Below, in pieces: positions 1 to 9,535 of a stretch of DNA of 64,000 nt (position 1 is the first letter of the stretch; the number at the start of each line of letters is the position of its first letter). The notes under the pieces were generated by a model. It was given only the letters and a program-made list of their open reading frames with translations. It had not been told where the DNA came from and did not search any database. The translations under genes were made by a program, and so were the position numbers. The stretch lies in contig JBGUXN010000003.1 in assembly GCA_045222195.1 (NCBI GenBank), positions 27,311-91,310 on the forward strand, in the 5' to 3' direction. Origin of the DNA: Bacilli bacterium. Lineage in GTDB: Bacteria; Bacillota_I; Bacilli_A; RFN20; CAG-826.

Positions 1-57
1 AATCGCTCAAAAGGGTTACTACTATCAACTCTATACAGGAGCCTTTGAACTCGAATA

Positions 58-501
58 ATGAAAACCATCATCTTTGTCTGTCATGGTTCTATTTGTAGGA
101 GTCCCGCTGCAGCGTTCATCGCTTTAAAATACTTAAAAGAGCATGGACGTGATGGGGAATTTAATATCCTTATAAGAGCGACGTCCTCTGAAGAAATCGG
201 TAACGATGTCTATCCTCCAATGAAAAGAGAACTTTTTAGAAGAGGAGTGCCTATGCATCCACATGCCGCACAACGCATTAGACAAGTTGACTATGATAAT
301 GCGGATTATATCTTCTATATGGACGAAGAGAATAGATGGTCACTTAATAGACAAATAGATGACTATAAAGGTATTCTTTTCCCGATTAATAAATGGACTC
401 CAAGTGTTAATGAAGTAGAAGATCCTTGGTATACAGGTAGATATAGTCTTGTTTGTGATGAAATTGAAGAGTGTATCAAAGATATCTTTGCTAAAATATA
501 A
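58..501 (+). CDS. low-molecular-weight protein-tyrosine phosphatase
   Basis: 147 aa. N-terminal CX5R(S/T) P-loop 'VCHGSICRSP' and C-terminal 'DPWY' Asp loop. Confidence 0.85.
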   Translation: MKTIIFVCHGSICRSPAAAFIALKYLKEHGRDGEFNILIRATSSEEIGNDVYPPMKRELFRRGVPMHPHAAQRIRQVDYDNADYIFYMDEENRWSLNRQIDDYKGILFPINKWTPSVNEVEDPWYTGRYSLVCDEIEECIKDIFAKI

Positions 502-503
502 AC

Positions 504-1559
504 ATGATTATCGATAGTAAGATTAAAGATAAAGTTAAAAGCATTATTGATATTAATGCGATCAATATGAATATCGCTGATATGTTAAATGCCGCTTTTA
601 ACTATACCGATATCATTAATCCCGATGAAGTTAGACAATATATCAAAGAAGGTCTTTCTGAAGAAGAAGCTATTTTAGAAATACTTTATGGATTCTATGG
701 TTTAGAACATAGCGATATCAATGATGAAGTAATGAATAAATATATCTTTAATAACCTTAAAAGATTAGACCCAAAAGAATACTTAGATAATCCCTATGTT
801 AAAAACATCAAAGCAAACGCAAAGTTTGGTAAATATAAACTTCAAAATATCGTTTTTGAACCATATCAGTTATTTGCGTACGATGATATCTGCTTAGATA
901 ACTATCAAGAATATAGTAGGATTGGTTATTTTAATAATGAATTCCCCTATCTCGCTTTAACGGAAGGCAATAATGTTTGGATGTCACTTAACCCAAATGA
1001 AATTGAAACCATGAAGCCGTATATTAAAAAGGCGAAAGGTAACGTTTTAGTGTTAGGCCTAGGCATGGGCTATGTTCCATACATGATTTCTTTAAAAGAT
1101 GAAGTTAAATCAATCACTATCATCGAAAAAGACAAAGAGATCATCGACTTATTTAAAAAGAACTTATTACCACTGTTTGTAAATAAAAACAAAATCACCA
1201 TTATTGAAGATGATGCGATTAACTATGTCACTAAAAATAATAAGTATGACTATATATTCGCGGATTTATGGCACGATGCTGAAGATGGTATCTCTTTATT
1301 CGTTCAATTAAAGAGAATTAACCAAAATATCGATTGTTGGCTAGAAGTATCTTTATATCAAATGTTAAGAAGGTGCATGATTACTCTTTTAGAAGAGCAA
1401 TTAGAGGACATGAAAGAAGATGCTTATAAACACGCGAGAAACTATACCGATAGAGTAATCAATAAGTTCTATCAGAAAACAAAAAATCTCCGTTTAGATA
1501 ACGAAGATGATTTGAATAAATTATTAAGTGATAAATCTTTACTTACGCTTGCGCTTTAA
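504..1559 (+). CDS. SAM-dependent methyltransferase / spermidine-synthase-fold protein (tentative)
   Basis: 351 aa. Gly-rich 'VLVLGLGMGY' followed by acidic 'IIEKD' and 'FADLWHD', resembling Rossmann-fold MTase/PABS motifs. N-terminal half not recognised. Confidence 0.4.
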   Translation: MIIDSKIKDKVKSIIDINAINMNIADMLNAAFNYTDIINPDEVRQYIKEGLSEEEAILEILYGFYGLEHSDINDEVMNKYIFNNLKRLDPKEYLDNPYVKNIKANAKFGKYKLQNIVFEPYQLFAYDDICLDNYQEYSRIGYFNNEFPYLALTEGNNVWMSLNPNEIETMKPYIKKAKGNVLVLGLGMGYVPYMISLKDEVKSITIIEKDKEIIDLFKKNLLPLFVNKNKITIIEDDAINYVTKNNKYDYIFADLWHDAEDGISLFVQLKRINQNIDCWLEVSLYQMLRRCMITLLEEQLEDMKEDAYKHARNYTDRVINKFYQKTKNLRLDNEDDLNKLLSDKSLLTLAL

Positions 1560-2361
1560 GGATTAAGAAAGTAATAAAGGCTGCGACGATTAGGGCTAAG
1601 AGAACAATCATCATAATAATAATGCCTTTACCACCACTTTGTTTTTCAGCGTCTTCTTCATTAAAGAAGTAATGGTATTTATTTTTCTTAATAAAATTAA
1701 TATCTTTAAAGAATTTAACGGATGATTTAAATGGAGAAACTGTACTTGTACGGTCATCCGCCCAGATGACACCGATTTCTTTCATGGTTAAGCCATTTAA
1801 CTTAGCGATATAGATATATTCAACATCAAAAGCGAACTTCTCGATGAGTTGTTTTTCAATCATCTTTTTAGCGACATCAATTCGCATTGCTTTGAAACCA
1901 CATTGTGTATCTTTTAACTTAGTGTGGAATTTACCGTTAACGATGTGTCTGCAGCACCAACCGATAAACACTCTTAAGGCTGGTTGTTTCTTTTTAATTA
2001 CACTATCTTTAGCGTGTCTACTTCCGATAATCATGTCGTAATTAGGGGCTTCCTCGACGACTTTATCAATCGCGCTTAAATCAGTGGATAAATCAGCATC
2101 CATAAATAAAACATAATCACCAGTGGCGTTCTCAATGCCGTATTTAACCGCACCACCTTTGCCTCTATTAACGTCATAACTTAAAGCTCTGACACCAGGA
2201 ATGGATTCAATTACTTCCTTGGTGTTATCTTTACTACCATCGTTAACGAGTAATAATTCGTAATCGATTTGATGGGTGTTTAAATAATCTTTGATGATTT
2301 CTGCATTCTTAACGATATCTTGACTTTCGTTATAGCAAGGAATAATGACACTGAATTTCAT
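1543..2361 (-). CDS. family 2 glycosyltransferase with C-terminal TM helix
   Basis: 'FSVIIPCYNES', 'NDGSKDNT', 'FMDADLS' (DxD). I prefer the ATG at 2361 (MKFSVIIP...) over the ORF-track start at 2388. The 3' end overlaps the convergent gene by 17 nt. Confidence 0.8.
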   Translation of the reverse strand: MKFSVIIPCYNESQDIVKNAEIIKDYLNTHQIDYELLLVNDGSKDNTKEVIESIPGVRALSYDVNRGKGGAVKYGIENATGDYVLFMDADLSTDLSAIDKVVEEAPNYDMIIGSRHAKDSVIKKKQPALRVFIGWCCRHIVNGKFHTKLKDTQCGFKAMRIDVAKKMIEKQLIEKFAFDVEYIYIAKLNGLTMKEIGVIWADDRTSTVSPFKSSVKFFKDINFIKKNKYHYFFNEEDAEKQSGGKGIIIMMIVLLALIVAAFITFLILKAQA

Positions 2362-2431
2362 GTATATATATTCTATACATACTTTCATTTTCTTAAAAGA
2401 AAAAGATATAATGACAAAGAGGTAAAATCAT

Positions 2432-2860
2432 ATGGATCTAATGAAATTAAAAGAACAATTACTCGAAATGGGTAAAAAGATTGGCTTACAAGTCCAAGAA
2501 GAAACCGCGACCAGTTTGACACTTCATTCTGAAATAACTGCGAAAGATTATTTTGATAATTCTATCTATTTTAGATTAACGATCTTCTCAAGTGGCACCC
2601 TCCACATGTTTTTAACATTTAATGAGATTGAAAGAACATATGATAATCTCTATTTAATTAATCATTTCAACGCTGAAAGTCCATGGTTTAAAGCGTACAT
2701 CGCTAATATCAATGATAAAGACTATTTAGAACTACATTACTCCGCATTAGCAGTAGAAAAAGAAGCCGAAGTGATTAACATTTTCGGCTACTTATTAAAT
2801 GATTTGTTAAGTGAAGATACTCTTAAATTATTGAATCCAATATTAGAGGGCCAAGAGTAA
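2432..2860 (+). CDS. hypothetical cytosolic protein (possibly YbjN-like)
   Basis: 142-aa ORF preceded by a GAGG RBS. No diagnostic motif recognised. Confidence 0.45.
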   Translation: MDLMKLKEQLLEMGKKIGLQVQEETATSLTLHSEITAKDYFDNSIYFRLTIFSSGTLHMFLTFNEIERTYDNLYLINHFNAESPWFKAYIANINDKDYLELHYSALAVEKEAEVINIFGYLLNDLLSEDTLKLLNPILEGQE

Positions 2861-3247
2861 CACTATTAGAGCTTCTTGTCCTGAAAGAATGCTTACAAGC
2901 ATTCCAACAATAAATACAGCGATTACAACATAACCCGCCACAATTGCGCCTCCAACAATGTTAACGATGGAGAATATTTTGGTGATGATTCTAAAAACGC
3001 GATCTTGTTGAGTGACTGGATTGACGTTTTTAATCATATTCATGGTAATGATACCAAAGACTAGTGGCGCGAAAATAAGAGAGCATATGATGATGATATA
3101 AAGTAAACCCAAGGCACTTAAATTACTGGACCATGAGCCTAAACGTGCGGCTAAGTAAAGATAAAGGAGAATAATGAGATCGCCTAAACCATTACCGACA
3201 ATTGAGAGTATAAATGCAGTTTTAATTGTTTGTGAGTTTTTATTCAT
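2843..3247 (-). CDS. small integral membrane protein
   Basis: 134 aa with about four hydrophobic helices. Confidence 0.5.
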   Translation of the reverse strand: MNKNSQTIKTAFILSIVGNGLGDLIILLYLYLAARLGSWSSNLSALGLLYIIIICSLIFAPLVFGIITMNMIKNVNPVTQQDRVFRIITKIFSIVNIVGGAIVAGYVVIAVFIVGMLVSILSGQEALIVLLLAL

Positions 3248-3293
3248 GTCTTTTATTATCCACGGTTAAAAAGTGTTTTCAAGAAAATAAGAG

Positions 3294-3866
3294 CTAATTG
3301 AGATTTAAAGGGTTATAGCTATAAAAAGCTAAGATTGTTTGACTAGCAAAATGAGATGGATGGACTCCATATAATTTAGTACCAATCGGACACTCATCGA
3401 AATGTTCAATATAGGAACCATCTTCGTTAATGACGTGAGAACTGCCATAATCAAAGCTTTCACCAGACAAGCATATAATGCTTTGACCATAACCAGGATT
3501 AGCGGTCACTTCAAATTCATAGACTTTGCCATGTGTCACTTTGATATCTTTTATCTGCATTTCATTCATGTACCATTGGCTAGGATATGTTTCAAGAATA
3601 TATAATTCGCCCGTGTAATCAACCGTGACAAAATCGCCAACCACAAAAGTGTCGATGTTATATTTCTCTTTTTTAAAAGGAATAGTTGAACTGCCTATCA
3701 ACAAAGTAACCTTATCTTTAACGTATTCACCATAATCAGCATAAATACCAAAAGATACTTGTTTAATGCCTTTCTCATTCGGTTCTTCTTCAATGTGACG
3801 GCCTTTATTACAGCCGATTGTGAGAAGAGTAATCAAGATAAGTGATAATCTAGCAATTTTATTCAT
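3294..3866 (-). CDS. lipoprotein, unknown function
   Basis: Signal peptide plus lipobox 'LLTIGC' when started at the ATG at 3866 (MNKIARLSLIL...). The ORF track starts at 3902. Confidence 0.6.
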   Translation of the reverse strand: MNKIARLSLILITLLTIGCNKGRHIEEEPNEKGIKQVSFGIYADYGEYVKDKVTLLIGSSTIPFKKEKYNIDTFVVGDFVTVDYTGELYILETYPSQWYMNEMQIKDIKVTHGKVYEFEVTANPGYGQSIICLSGESFDYGSSHVINEDGSYIEHFDECPIGTKLYGVHPSHFASQTILAFYSYNPLNLN

Positions 3867-3918
3867 AGTTCTATTATCCGTCCTATTAATAAGACGTGTC
3901 AAATGGTTGAAACCGCTA

Positions 3919-3944
3919 AAAAAAGAATCACTTTCGTGACTCTT
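3919..3944 (-). terminator. intrinsic terminator after the beta-helix lipoprotein gene
   Basis: Minus strand: AGAGUCAC-GAAA-GUGAUUCU followed by a U6 run. Confidence 0.7.
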
Positions 3945-3951
3945 TGTTATT

Positions 3952-5994
3952 TTAACTAAGTGTTGCGCTTCCTAGTTCACTAAATACCACACACCCGTTC
4001 GTGCTTCCTTTTAATGTTGTGGTATAGGAAGTATTAGAGAATGAAACTGTATGAGAACCCGCTCTAACAGAGGAAGAGGAACATAGTGTTTTAGTAATAT
4101 TGCTATTCGATGGTGTTTTTTCAATACCACCGAAGACGATTAAGGTACCACCTGACATTGTGACATTACCATCAGAATCAACTGCCGCTGCTCCAAAGGC
4201 ATTACCTGAGGCACTACCTGGACCTTTAGCGATAACACAACCACCAGTAATAGTAATTGAACCATTGCTATCGATACCATCTGTATCACCACTAGATGGA
4301 ACTTCAACGTCTAATAGACCACCAGAAACAGTGACATTAGGTGATGCTTTACCTTGAGTGGCATTAACGCCATCATCAGTAGCGTAGACATATGTTTCAC
4401 CACCACTGACTTTAATTAGGTTGCCTTCTAAACCTTCATAAGCAGAAGTCACTGTGGTCTTACCACCAGAGATATTTAATGTATAGTCAGCATGAATTGC
4501 ATCATCACTAGCGCTTAAAGTTAATGTACCACCAGAGATATTAACGTTACCTAATGGAGAATCTCCATTTTCTAATGAACCATCGTTATTAGCATGAATT
4601 GCATCATCATAAGCTTTAATATCAAGTGTTCCACCTTTAATATAGATTTCATTTTCCGCTTTAACGCCTTTCGCGGAGATATCCGCACCATTATTGTTAC
4701 CACTCGAGTAGTTAGACCAACTACCAAAGTTAATCTTTCCAATGCTAATGGATACTTCAACCATATCATAAGCATCATTGAACGCTTTAGCGTCACTCTT
4801 TGCGTTGTATGATTCTGTGGAGAAGGAAGTGACATTACTTCCTTGGAATCTATAAAGAGTAAAACTCGATGCACCGTTTGGTTTATCTAATTCATAGACA
4901 TAATAAGTTGAACCTGGACGACCACCGCCTCCACCTGGACCGCCTCCACCTGGGAAACCACCGCCTGAAGAAAGCTGACCTTTATCGGTTGCTTTATACC
5001 ATTGGTTATTGATATAGGCGGCGTATGTATAACCACCATTGGAGTATGTGGATGAATTCATCTTTAAGTAGAAAGAACTAGTGCTGGTATCCACTGTTTC
5101 ACCATTATAGGAAGAGTATTTATTTGTTTTGATAGTGACTGAAGTAGGTACTGTAGCATCTGCTTCTTCGATAATAGCGTTATAGGCCGCAGCAATTGCG
5201 TCACCCCATGAATTGATATTAAGGGTGCCACCACTAACTGTGACATTACCTTTTTGATTACCTTTAGAGGAGATATCGCTGTTTTCACTATGTAAAGCAT
5301 CGCCACCACAGGTTATTGTGATATTACCAGAAACGATTTCGACACTATCGTTACCTCTAATACCATGATTAACAGCGGTCACATTAAGTGTTTGTTTTTG
5401 GATCTTCACATCATCTTTACAGTGAATGCCGTTTAAGTAATTCGCGGTAATATTTAAGGTACCTGTACCTTTAAGTTTAAGGTCACCATTTTCCACGTGA
5501 ATCGCACCTTTACCTTGACCATCTACATCTTCCGTATAGATAGCTCTTGTATCTTGAATATTATTAACAGTATTTTTCTTCGCAGAGATTTCTAATTTAT
5601 CGCAATCTTGCACGTAAATTGGTGAATTTTCACTATTTTTAATAGTGACGCCACTTAATTCTACAACGATTACAGTATCAGGAACATTAACATAAATTTG
5701 TTTATAATTTTGATTAATTGTGAACGTATATTCACCATCCGCTAAAACGCCATTTGATAAGGTGTCATTAGTGATGAAATAAATATCAGTGTCTTCTGTA
5801 TCTGGGACATAGGAAGATTCTTCGTGAGAGGATGAACTAATTTCTTCAGAAGATGGATTATCACTATTAGAAACTACTTCTCCTGAAGAATTGTTGTCTT
5901 GATAAGATGCACTTGGAGCGGTTGGCTTTTTACAAGCGCTAAAAGACATCGCTAAAGCAATAGCTAGAGGGATTAAAAGATATTTATATTTCAT
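3952..5994 (-). CDS. surface lipoprotein with repeated beta-helix-like 'carbohydrate-binding' repeats (DUF4353-like)
   Basis: Lipobox 'AMSFSAC'. Ser-rich linker. Reiterated 'SGGTL.I...DAIHA / DGIDSNG' repeats. Internal Gly/Pro tract. Confidence 0.55.
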   Translation of the reverse strand: MKYKYLLIPLAIALAMSFSACKKPTAPSASYQDNNSSGEVVSNSDNPSSEEISSSSHEESSYVPDTEDTDIYFITNDTLSNGVLADGEYTFTINQNYKQIYVNVPDTVIVVELSGVTIKNSENSPIYVQDCDKLEISAKKNTVNNIQDTRAIYTEDVDGQGKGAIHVENGDLKLKGTGTLNITANYLNGIHCKDDVKIQKQTLNVTAVNHGIRGNDSVEIVSGNITITCGGDALHSENSDISSKGNQKGNVTVSGGTLNINSWGDAIAAAYNAIIEEADATVPTSVTIKTNKYSSYNGETVDTSTSSFYLKMNSSTYSNGGYTYAAYINNQWYKATDKGQLSSGGGFPGGGGPGGGGGRPGSTYYVYELDKPNGASSFTLYRFQGSNVTSFSTESYNAKSDAKAFNDAYDMVEVSISIGKINFGSWSNYSSGNNNGADISAKGVKAENEIYIKGGTLDIKAYDDAIHANNDGSLENGDSPLGNVNISGGTLTLSASDDAIHADYTLNISGGKTTVTSAYEGLEGNLIKVSGGETYVYATDDGVNATQGKASPNVTVSGGLLDVEVPSSGDTDGIDSNGSITITGGCVIAKGPGSASGNAFGAAAVDSDGNVTMSGGTLIVFGGIEKTPSNSNITKTLCSSSSVRAGSHTVSFSNTSYTTTLKGSTNGCVVFSELGSATLS

Positions 5995-6023
5995 AAGAAT
6001 TTCCTCCTCATTATTTTATCACT

Positions 6024-6722
6024 TTATAGAGATTTGTCTTCGCCCACAAAAGGCACTAACGAGATTTCTAGATTACCATTCTTTGTTCTTAATTCATCGA
6101 TGAGACTTTTTTCTTCGTTTGCGTTTTTTAAAACTACACGGTATGAGAGTTTGAAAAGCGATCCCATCGCGGTTGTTTTGACTTCTAATAGCTCTGAACT
6201 TTTAAGATACGTATCAAATGTATCGGTAAATACTTCACTATATTCTAATGACTCTGGAATAGTGATTTTTAAGACTTTTTCATTACCAAATCGCTTGCCG
6301 TTGAAAATATTAAGATAATTGAGCAATAAGTATATTGCCGCGACCACTAATGCAAAGATTAAGGCAAATACGACATAACCTAGACCACAAATTAAACCAA
6401 TAGCAACACCAGCAAATAAGACTAATAGTTCTTCCGCCTTAGCGTTCATGCTTCTAAATCTGATTAAGCCAAGGGCTACCGCGATTGTGGCGATTCTAAC
6501 CGCACCACTTGTCGCGTCATCTAAGAATATCGATACCATTGAGATAACAGCGGCTACAATCATTGGCATTAAAGCGGAAGTCACAAAGAAACTCTTAGTG
6601 CCTCTCATCTTTAAAGAGACTAGAAAAGTAAAAATAATGCTGATAATGAAAGCGATACCAATGACAATTAATGAGACAATGACTTTGTCATAACTGGACA
6701 TGATTTGGAATAATGAACCCAT
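6024..6722 (-). CDS. DUF4956-like membrane protein
   Basis: 232 aa with four or five N-terminal TM helices and a soluble C-terminal domain. Translationally overlaps the VTC-domain gene, a known gene pairing. Confidence 0.45.
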   Translation of the reverse strand: MGSLFQIMSSYDKVIVSLIVIGIAFIISIIFTFLVSLKMRGTKSFFVTSALMPMIVAAVISMVSIFLDDATSGAVRIATIAVALGLIRFRSMNAKAEELLVLFAGVAIGLICGLGYVVFALIFALVVAAIYLLLNYLNIFNGKRFGNEKVLKITIPESLEYSEVFTDTFDTYLKSSELLEVKTTAMGSLFKLSYRVVLKNANEEKSLIDELRTKNGNLEISLVPFVGEDKSL

Positions 6723-7426
6723 ACATTTTCTTTCCTTTCTACTTTGCTAAGTATTTCTTTTTTATAAGCTTCTCCTACTTTAGAGAAACTACTTTGATAG
6801 ATTTTTCCTTGAGATAAAATAGCCACTAGCCAAAGAGGCATCACTTGTTGGACTTTAATTTCTAAAATAGCGGAGCCTTCCTCTAAAAGAGGAGTGCCTT
6901 CCATAGAAGTGTGGAGGTCAAGATGATCTAAACGGTATCTAGGATTTTCATCTATGGTTAATCTTAGGTCACCATTTATTTCTTCATAAGCAACGCGATC
7001 ATAAATGACCATAATGGCGGGTTTTAAATCCTTGTAATAGTTTTTGAAATAAGCGATTTCACGGCTAATCTGATCTTTTTGCGCTTTGTTTTCATTTAGG
7101 AATGAGGGAACATCTTTTTCGAGTAATGTCACTCTTCTTTTATATACTAGGCCGTTCGCTTTTCTTTTTAATTCAAGGAAGACGCGTTCGTTTTCGTTAA
7201 CTAGACCATACGCTCTTAAGCGGATTTTTTCTTTGTAAATAGGCTTTTCGATTGAAGTTCTTATTAAACGATAATCAGGGGTATCGTAATAGATTGACGC
7301 CACTGTGGTTTTTCCGTATTGGTCTACAACCATATGACCTTTTAAAGCTTCTTTTAAATACGCTAACTGCTCTTTAGATAAGACGTATTTCATCTCAATA
7401 CGATGCATTGTGTTAATGATTTCCAT
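6668..7426 (-). CDS. VTC-domain (CYTH-like triphosphate tunnel) polyphosphate-polymerase-domain protein
   Basis: 252 aa. N-terminal 'HRIEMKY' (ExK). Alternating charged beta-strands 'IRLRAY', 'FLELKRK', 'ILEIKV', typical of CYTH/VTC tunnels. Confidence 0.55.
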   Translation of the reverse strand: MEIINTMHRIEMKYVLSKEQLAYLKEALKGHMVVDQYGKTTVASIYYDTPDYRLIRTSIEKPIYKEKIRLRAYGLVNENERVFLELKRKANGLVYKRRVTLLEKDVPSFLNENKAQKDQISREIAYFKNYYKDLKPAIMVIYDRVAYEEINGDLRLTIDENPRYRLDHLDLHTSMEGTPLLEEGSAILEIKVQQVMPLWLVAILSQGKIYQSSFSKVGEAYKKEILSKVERKENVWVHYSKSCPVMTKSLSH

Positions 7427-7500
7427 ATCTTGACCTCCTTTCTTTGAATGTGACTTTTTGACAAAAAGACATTAAATCCAATTCATTAATATCTTTCGTC

Positions 7501-7541
7501 ACTTAAATGTTAATTTATGAACCTTAAACACACTTAAAATC
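7501..7541. promoter_or_regulatory. direct-repeat element (AC(C)TTAAA repeats), copy 1, in the divergent VTC/lipoprotein intergenic region
   Basis: TTAATTTATGAACCTTAAACA (7510-7530) recurs with a 1-nt indel at 16081-16102. TTAAnnn repeats lie about 11 and 21 bp apart. It overlaps a possible minus-strand promoter, TTAACA(7513-7508)-16-TATTAA(7491-7486). Confidence 0.4.
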
Positions 7542-7648
7542 ATAAAAATCACGATAAAATTGATGTTTTTTAACATTTTCAGTTAAAAAAGTATTTAAAA
7601 AAGGCGAGAAATATTGATAATTAAAGTTAGAAAAGGAGTTACACCATT

Positions 7649-8452
7649 ATGAAAAATAGATTCCTTACTTTATTAGTCATCTCAGCGATGTTATTGGTGG
7701 GCTGCAAAGGTGCGAAGATTAGTGAAGAAAAAGCTAATGAACTCGCTAAAAAGATTAATGAAAACACCGAAAGTCTCGGGGCGGCTTCCTTTGAAATGTC
7801 TGTCATCATGAAAGGTGCAGAAGGTAAAGGTTCCGAAAAAGAAGAAAGCAACATGACTTATACCCTCACCCAAGACAAAGAGGAAAACATAAAATTTAAA
7901 GCCAAGGGTAATGAAGGTGAAGAAAAATTTGACTTTGTTATTTATGTCGTCAAAAACGAAACATATGACACTGTCGCTTATATCAAAGAATATGACATGG
8001 AAACCAAACAATATAGTGAACATGTCTACACTAAAGCTACAGATTTAGATTATAGTGATAAAACTTCTCCATATACCAAGTTAGCGTTAGTTCCTGTTTT
8101 CTTTGTTGGAGGTTTTGCTGATCCAGTCACCTTAATGGAAAGCGATGACTTCAAAGCGGGCGAAGAAGTTGATGATGAAATTACATATAAAACAGAAGTT
8201 AACTATTATTCCGCTGGAGAAAAGAACTTAACCATTGAATCAGTAAGAAAAGCGGTCTCTGGAGTTCCAGAAGATAAAGAAACCACTACTGATATGAAAT
8301 ACACCATTACTTACGATAATCTTCTTTTCAAAAACGCGGTTATCACAGGTAAATCAAACTATGGTAATAAGACAGAAATGAAAACTAAATTAGATATGAA
8401 AAAATTGACCGTTGAATTACCAAGTGGTTGGGAAAAGTTAATTAGTAAATAA
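7649..8452 (+). CDS. lipoprotein, unknown function
   Basis: Lipobox 'MLLVGC'. AAGGAG RBS. Confidence 0.6.
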   Translation: MKNRFLTLLVISAMLLVGCKGAKISEEKANELAKKINENTESLGAASFEMSVIMKGAEGKGSEKEESNMTYTLTQDKEENIKFKAKGNEGEEKFDFVIYVVKNETYDTVAYIKEYDMETKQYSEHVYTKATDLDYSDKTSPYTKLALVPVFFVGGFADPVTLMESDDFKAGEEVDDEITYKTEVNYYSAGEKNLTIESVRKAVSGVPEDKETTTDMKYTITYDNLLFKNAVITGKSNYGNKTEMKTKLDMKKLTVELPSGWEKLISK

Positions 8453-9373
8453 TTATTTATTTAAAAAGTCTTTAATTACTTTTTGATAGCGGGGTTTGTC
8501 CACGAGATAGGACATCCCATGATTAGCACCAGGGAAGAGTTCATATTGAATCTTATCCGGGTGCTTTTTATATAGGTCTTCACTGATGTGATGAGGCACT
8601 ACTTGATCAGAATCACCATGAATAATCAATATTGGATGATTAGTGTGACTAACTGATTCATAAGCAGAACCTTTATTCATGTTCGTATGAGCAAATACAA
8701 TCGAAGAAAGATTTAAGATTGGATAAAAGAACTTAACTGATAAGTTAATGCCTTTAATCGTCTCTTTTAGCATGATACTAGGGTCACTAAACGGGCAATC
8801 AGCGATGATCTTAACATCACCTTCTACCTTATCCGCACACATTAAGACAGTCGCTCCACCCATCGATATTCCGATTAAGACAATTTTGATGTTTTGACCA
8901 AATCTTTCACGAGCGTATTCCACCCATTTTAAAACGTCTTTAGTTTCTCTAATACCAAAGGTGATGGAATGACCTTCACTTTTGCCATGCGCTCTTTCAT
9001 CGATAAGAATAACGTTATAGCCAAGATGGAGTACTTCAGTCGCGCCGCCACTAAAATCACGATAAGCAGTCCCGCGATAACCATGACATAATATCGCTAC
9101 CGTGTCTGATTTTTGATCATATAACCTAGCGTGTAACTTCAATTTATCAAAAGAAGTAATATAAACATCTTCATAGGGAACTTTTCTAATACCTTCAATT
9201 AAAGGGATCACTTCGTCGCGATGCCCTTCATATAATGGCGCGCCTAAATTAAAGTCATCTGATTGGCCTTTCTTTGGGGAATAAAAAGTATATAGATATA
9301 ATCCTAATAAAATGAAAAAGAAGAGGATCAAAAGACCACCAAATATGGAACCGATAATAATAGCGACAATCAT
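8453..9373 (-). CDS. membrane-anchored alpha/beta hydrolase
   Basis: N-terminal TM helix. Nucleophile elbow 'GISMGG', 'HGDSD', 'ANHG'. Confidence 0.75.
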   Translation of the reverse strand: MIVAIIIGSIFGGLLILFFFILLGLYLYTFYSPKKGQSDDFNLGAPLYEGHRDEVIPLIEGIRKVPYEDVYITSFDKLKLHARLYDQKSDTVAILCHGYRGTAYRDFSGGATEVLHLGYNVILIDERAHGKSEGHSITFGIRETKDVLKWVEYARERFGQNIKIVLIGISMGGATVLMCADKVEGDVKIIADCPFSDPSIMLKETIKGINLSVKFFYPILNLSSIVFAHTNMNKGSAYESVSHTNHPILIIHGDSDQVVPHHISEDLYKKHPDKIQYELFPGANHGMSYLVDKPRYQKVIKDFLNK

Positions 9374-9432
9374 GCTATTATTTTAGCAAATTTATAAAGT
9401 AACAAAAAATAAAATATTTTTTCGAAATAGTA

Positions 9433-9535
9433 TTGACATAGTTTAAAAAAAGAATAATATATAGAGTTCCTAATCAGGAATACCTCGTGTCCTGGGCATG
9501 ACGTTAAAAGGCACTAGAAAAGAGAGGTATTCGGA
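9433..9535 (+). promoter_or_regulatory. promoter plus structured 5' leader that can sequester the RBS
   Basis: TTGACA (9433-9438)-16-TAATAT. GAAUACCUC (9478-9486) is perfectly complementary to GAGGUAUUC (9524-9532), which contains the SD. A competing hairpin UUCCU/AGGAA lies at 9467-9480. Confidence 0.35.

Noticed and set aside
3249-3258. DnaA-box-like TTATCCACG.
   Set aside because: A single isolated box next to a gene start, with no cluster or AT-rich unwinding element. Not an origin.
4912-4969. Gly/Pro tract (GGGFPGGGGPGGGGGRPG), encoded by repeated ccgcctccacctgg units, in the beta-helix lipoprotein.
   Set aside because: Most simply a flexible linker. Slippage-driven length variation is possible, but a single sequence gives no evidence for it.
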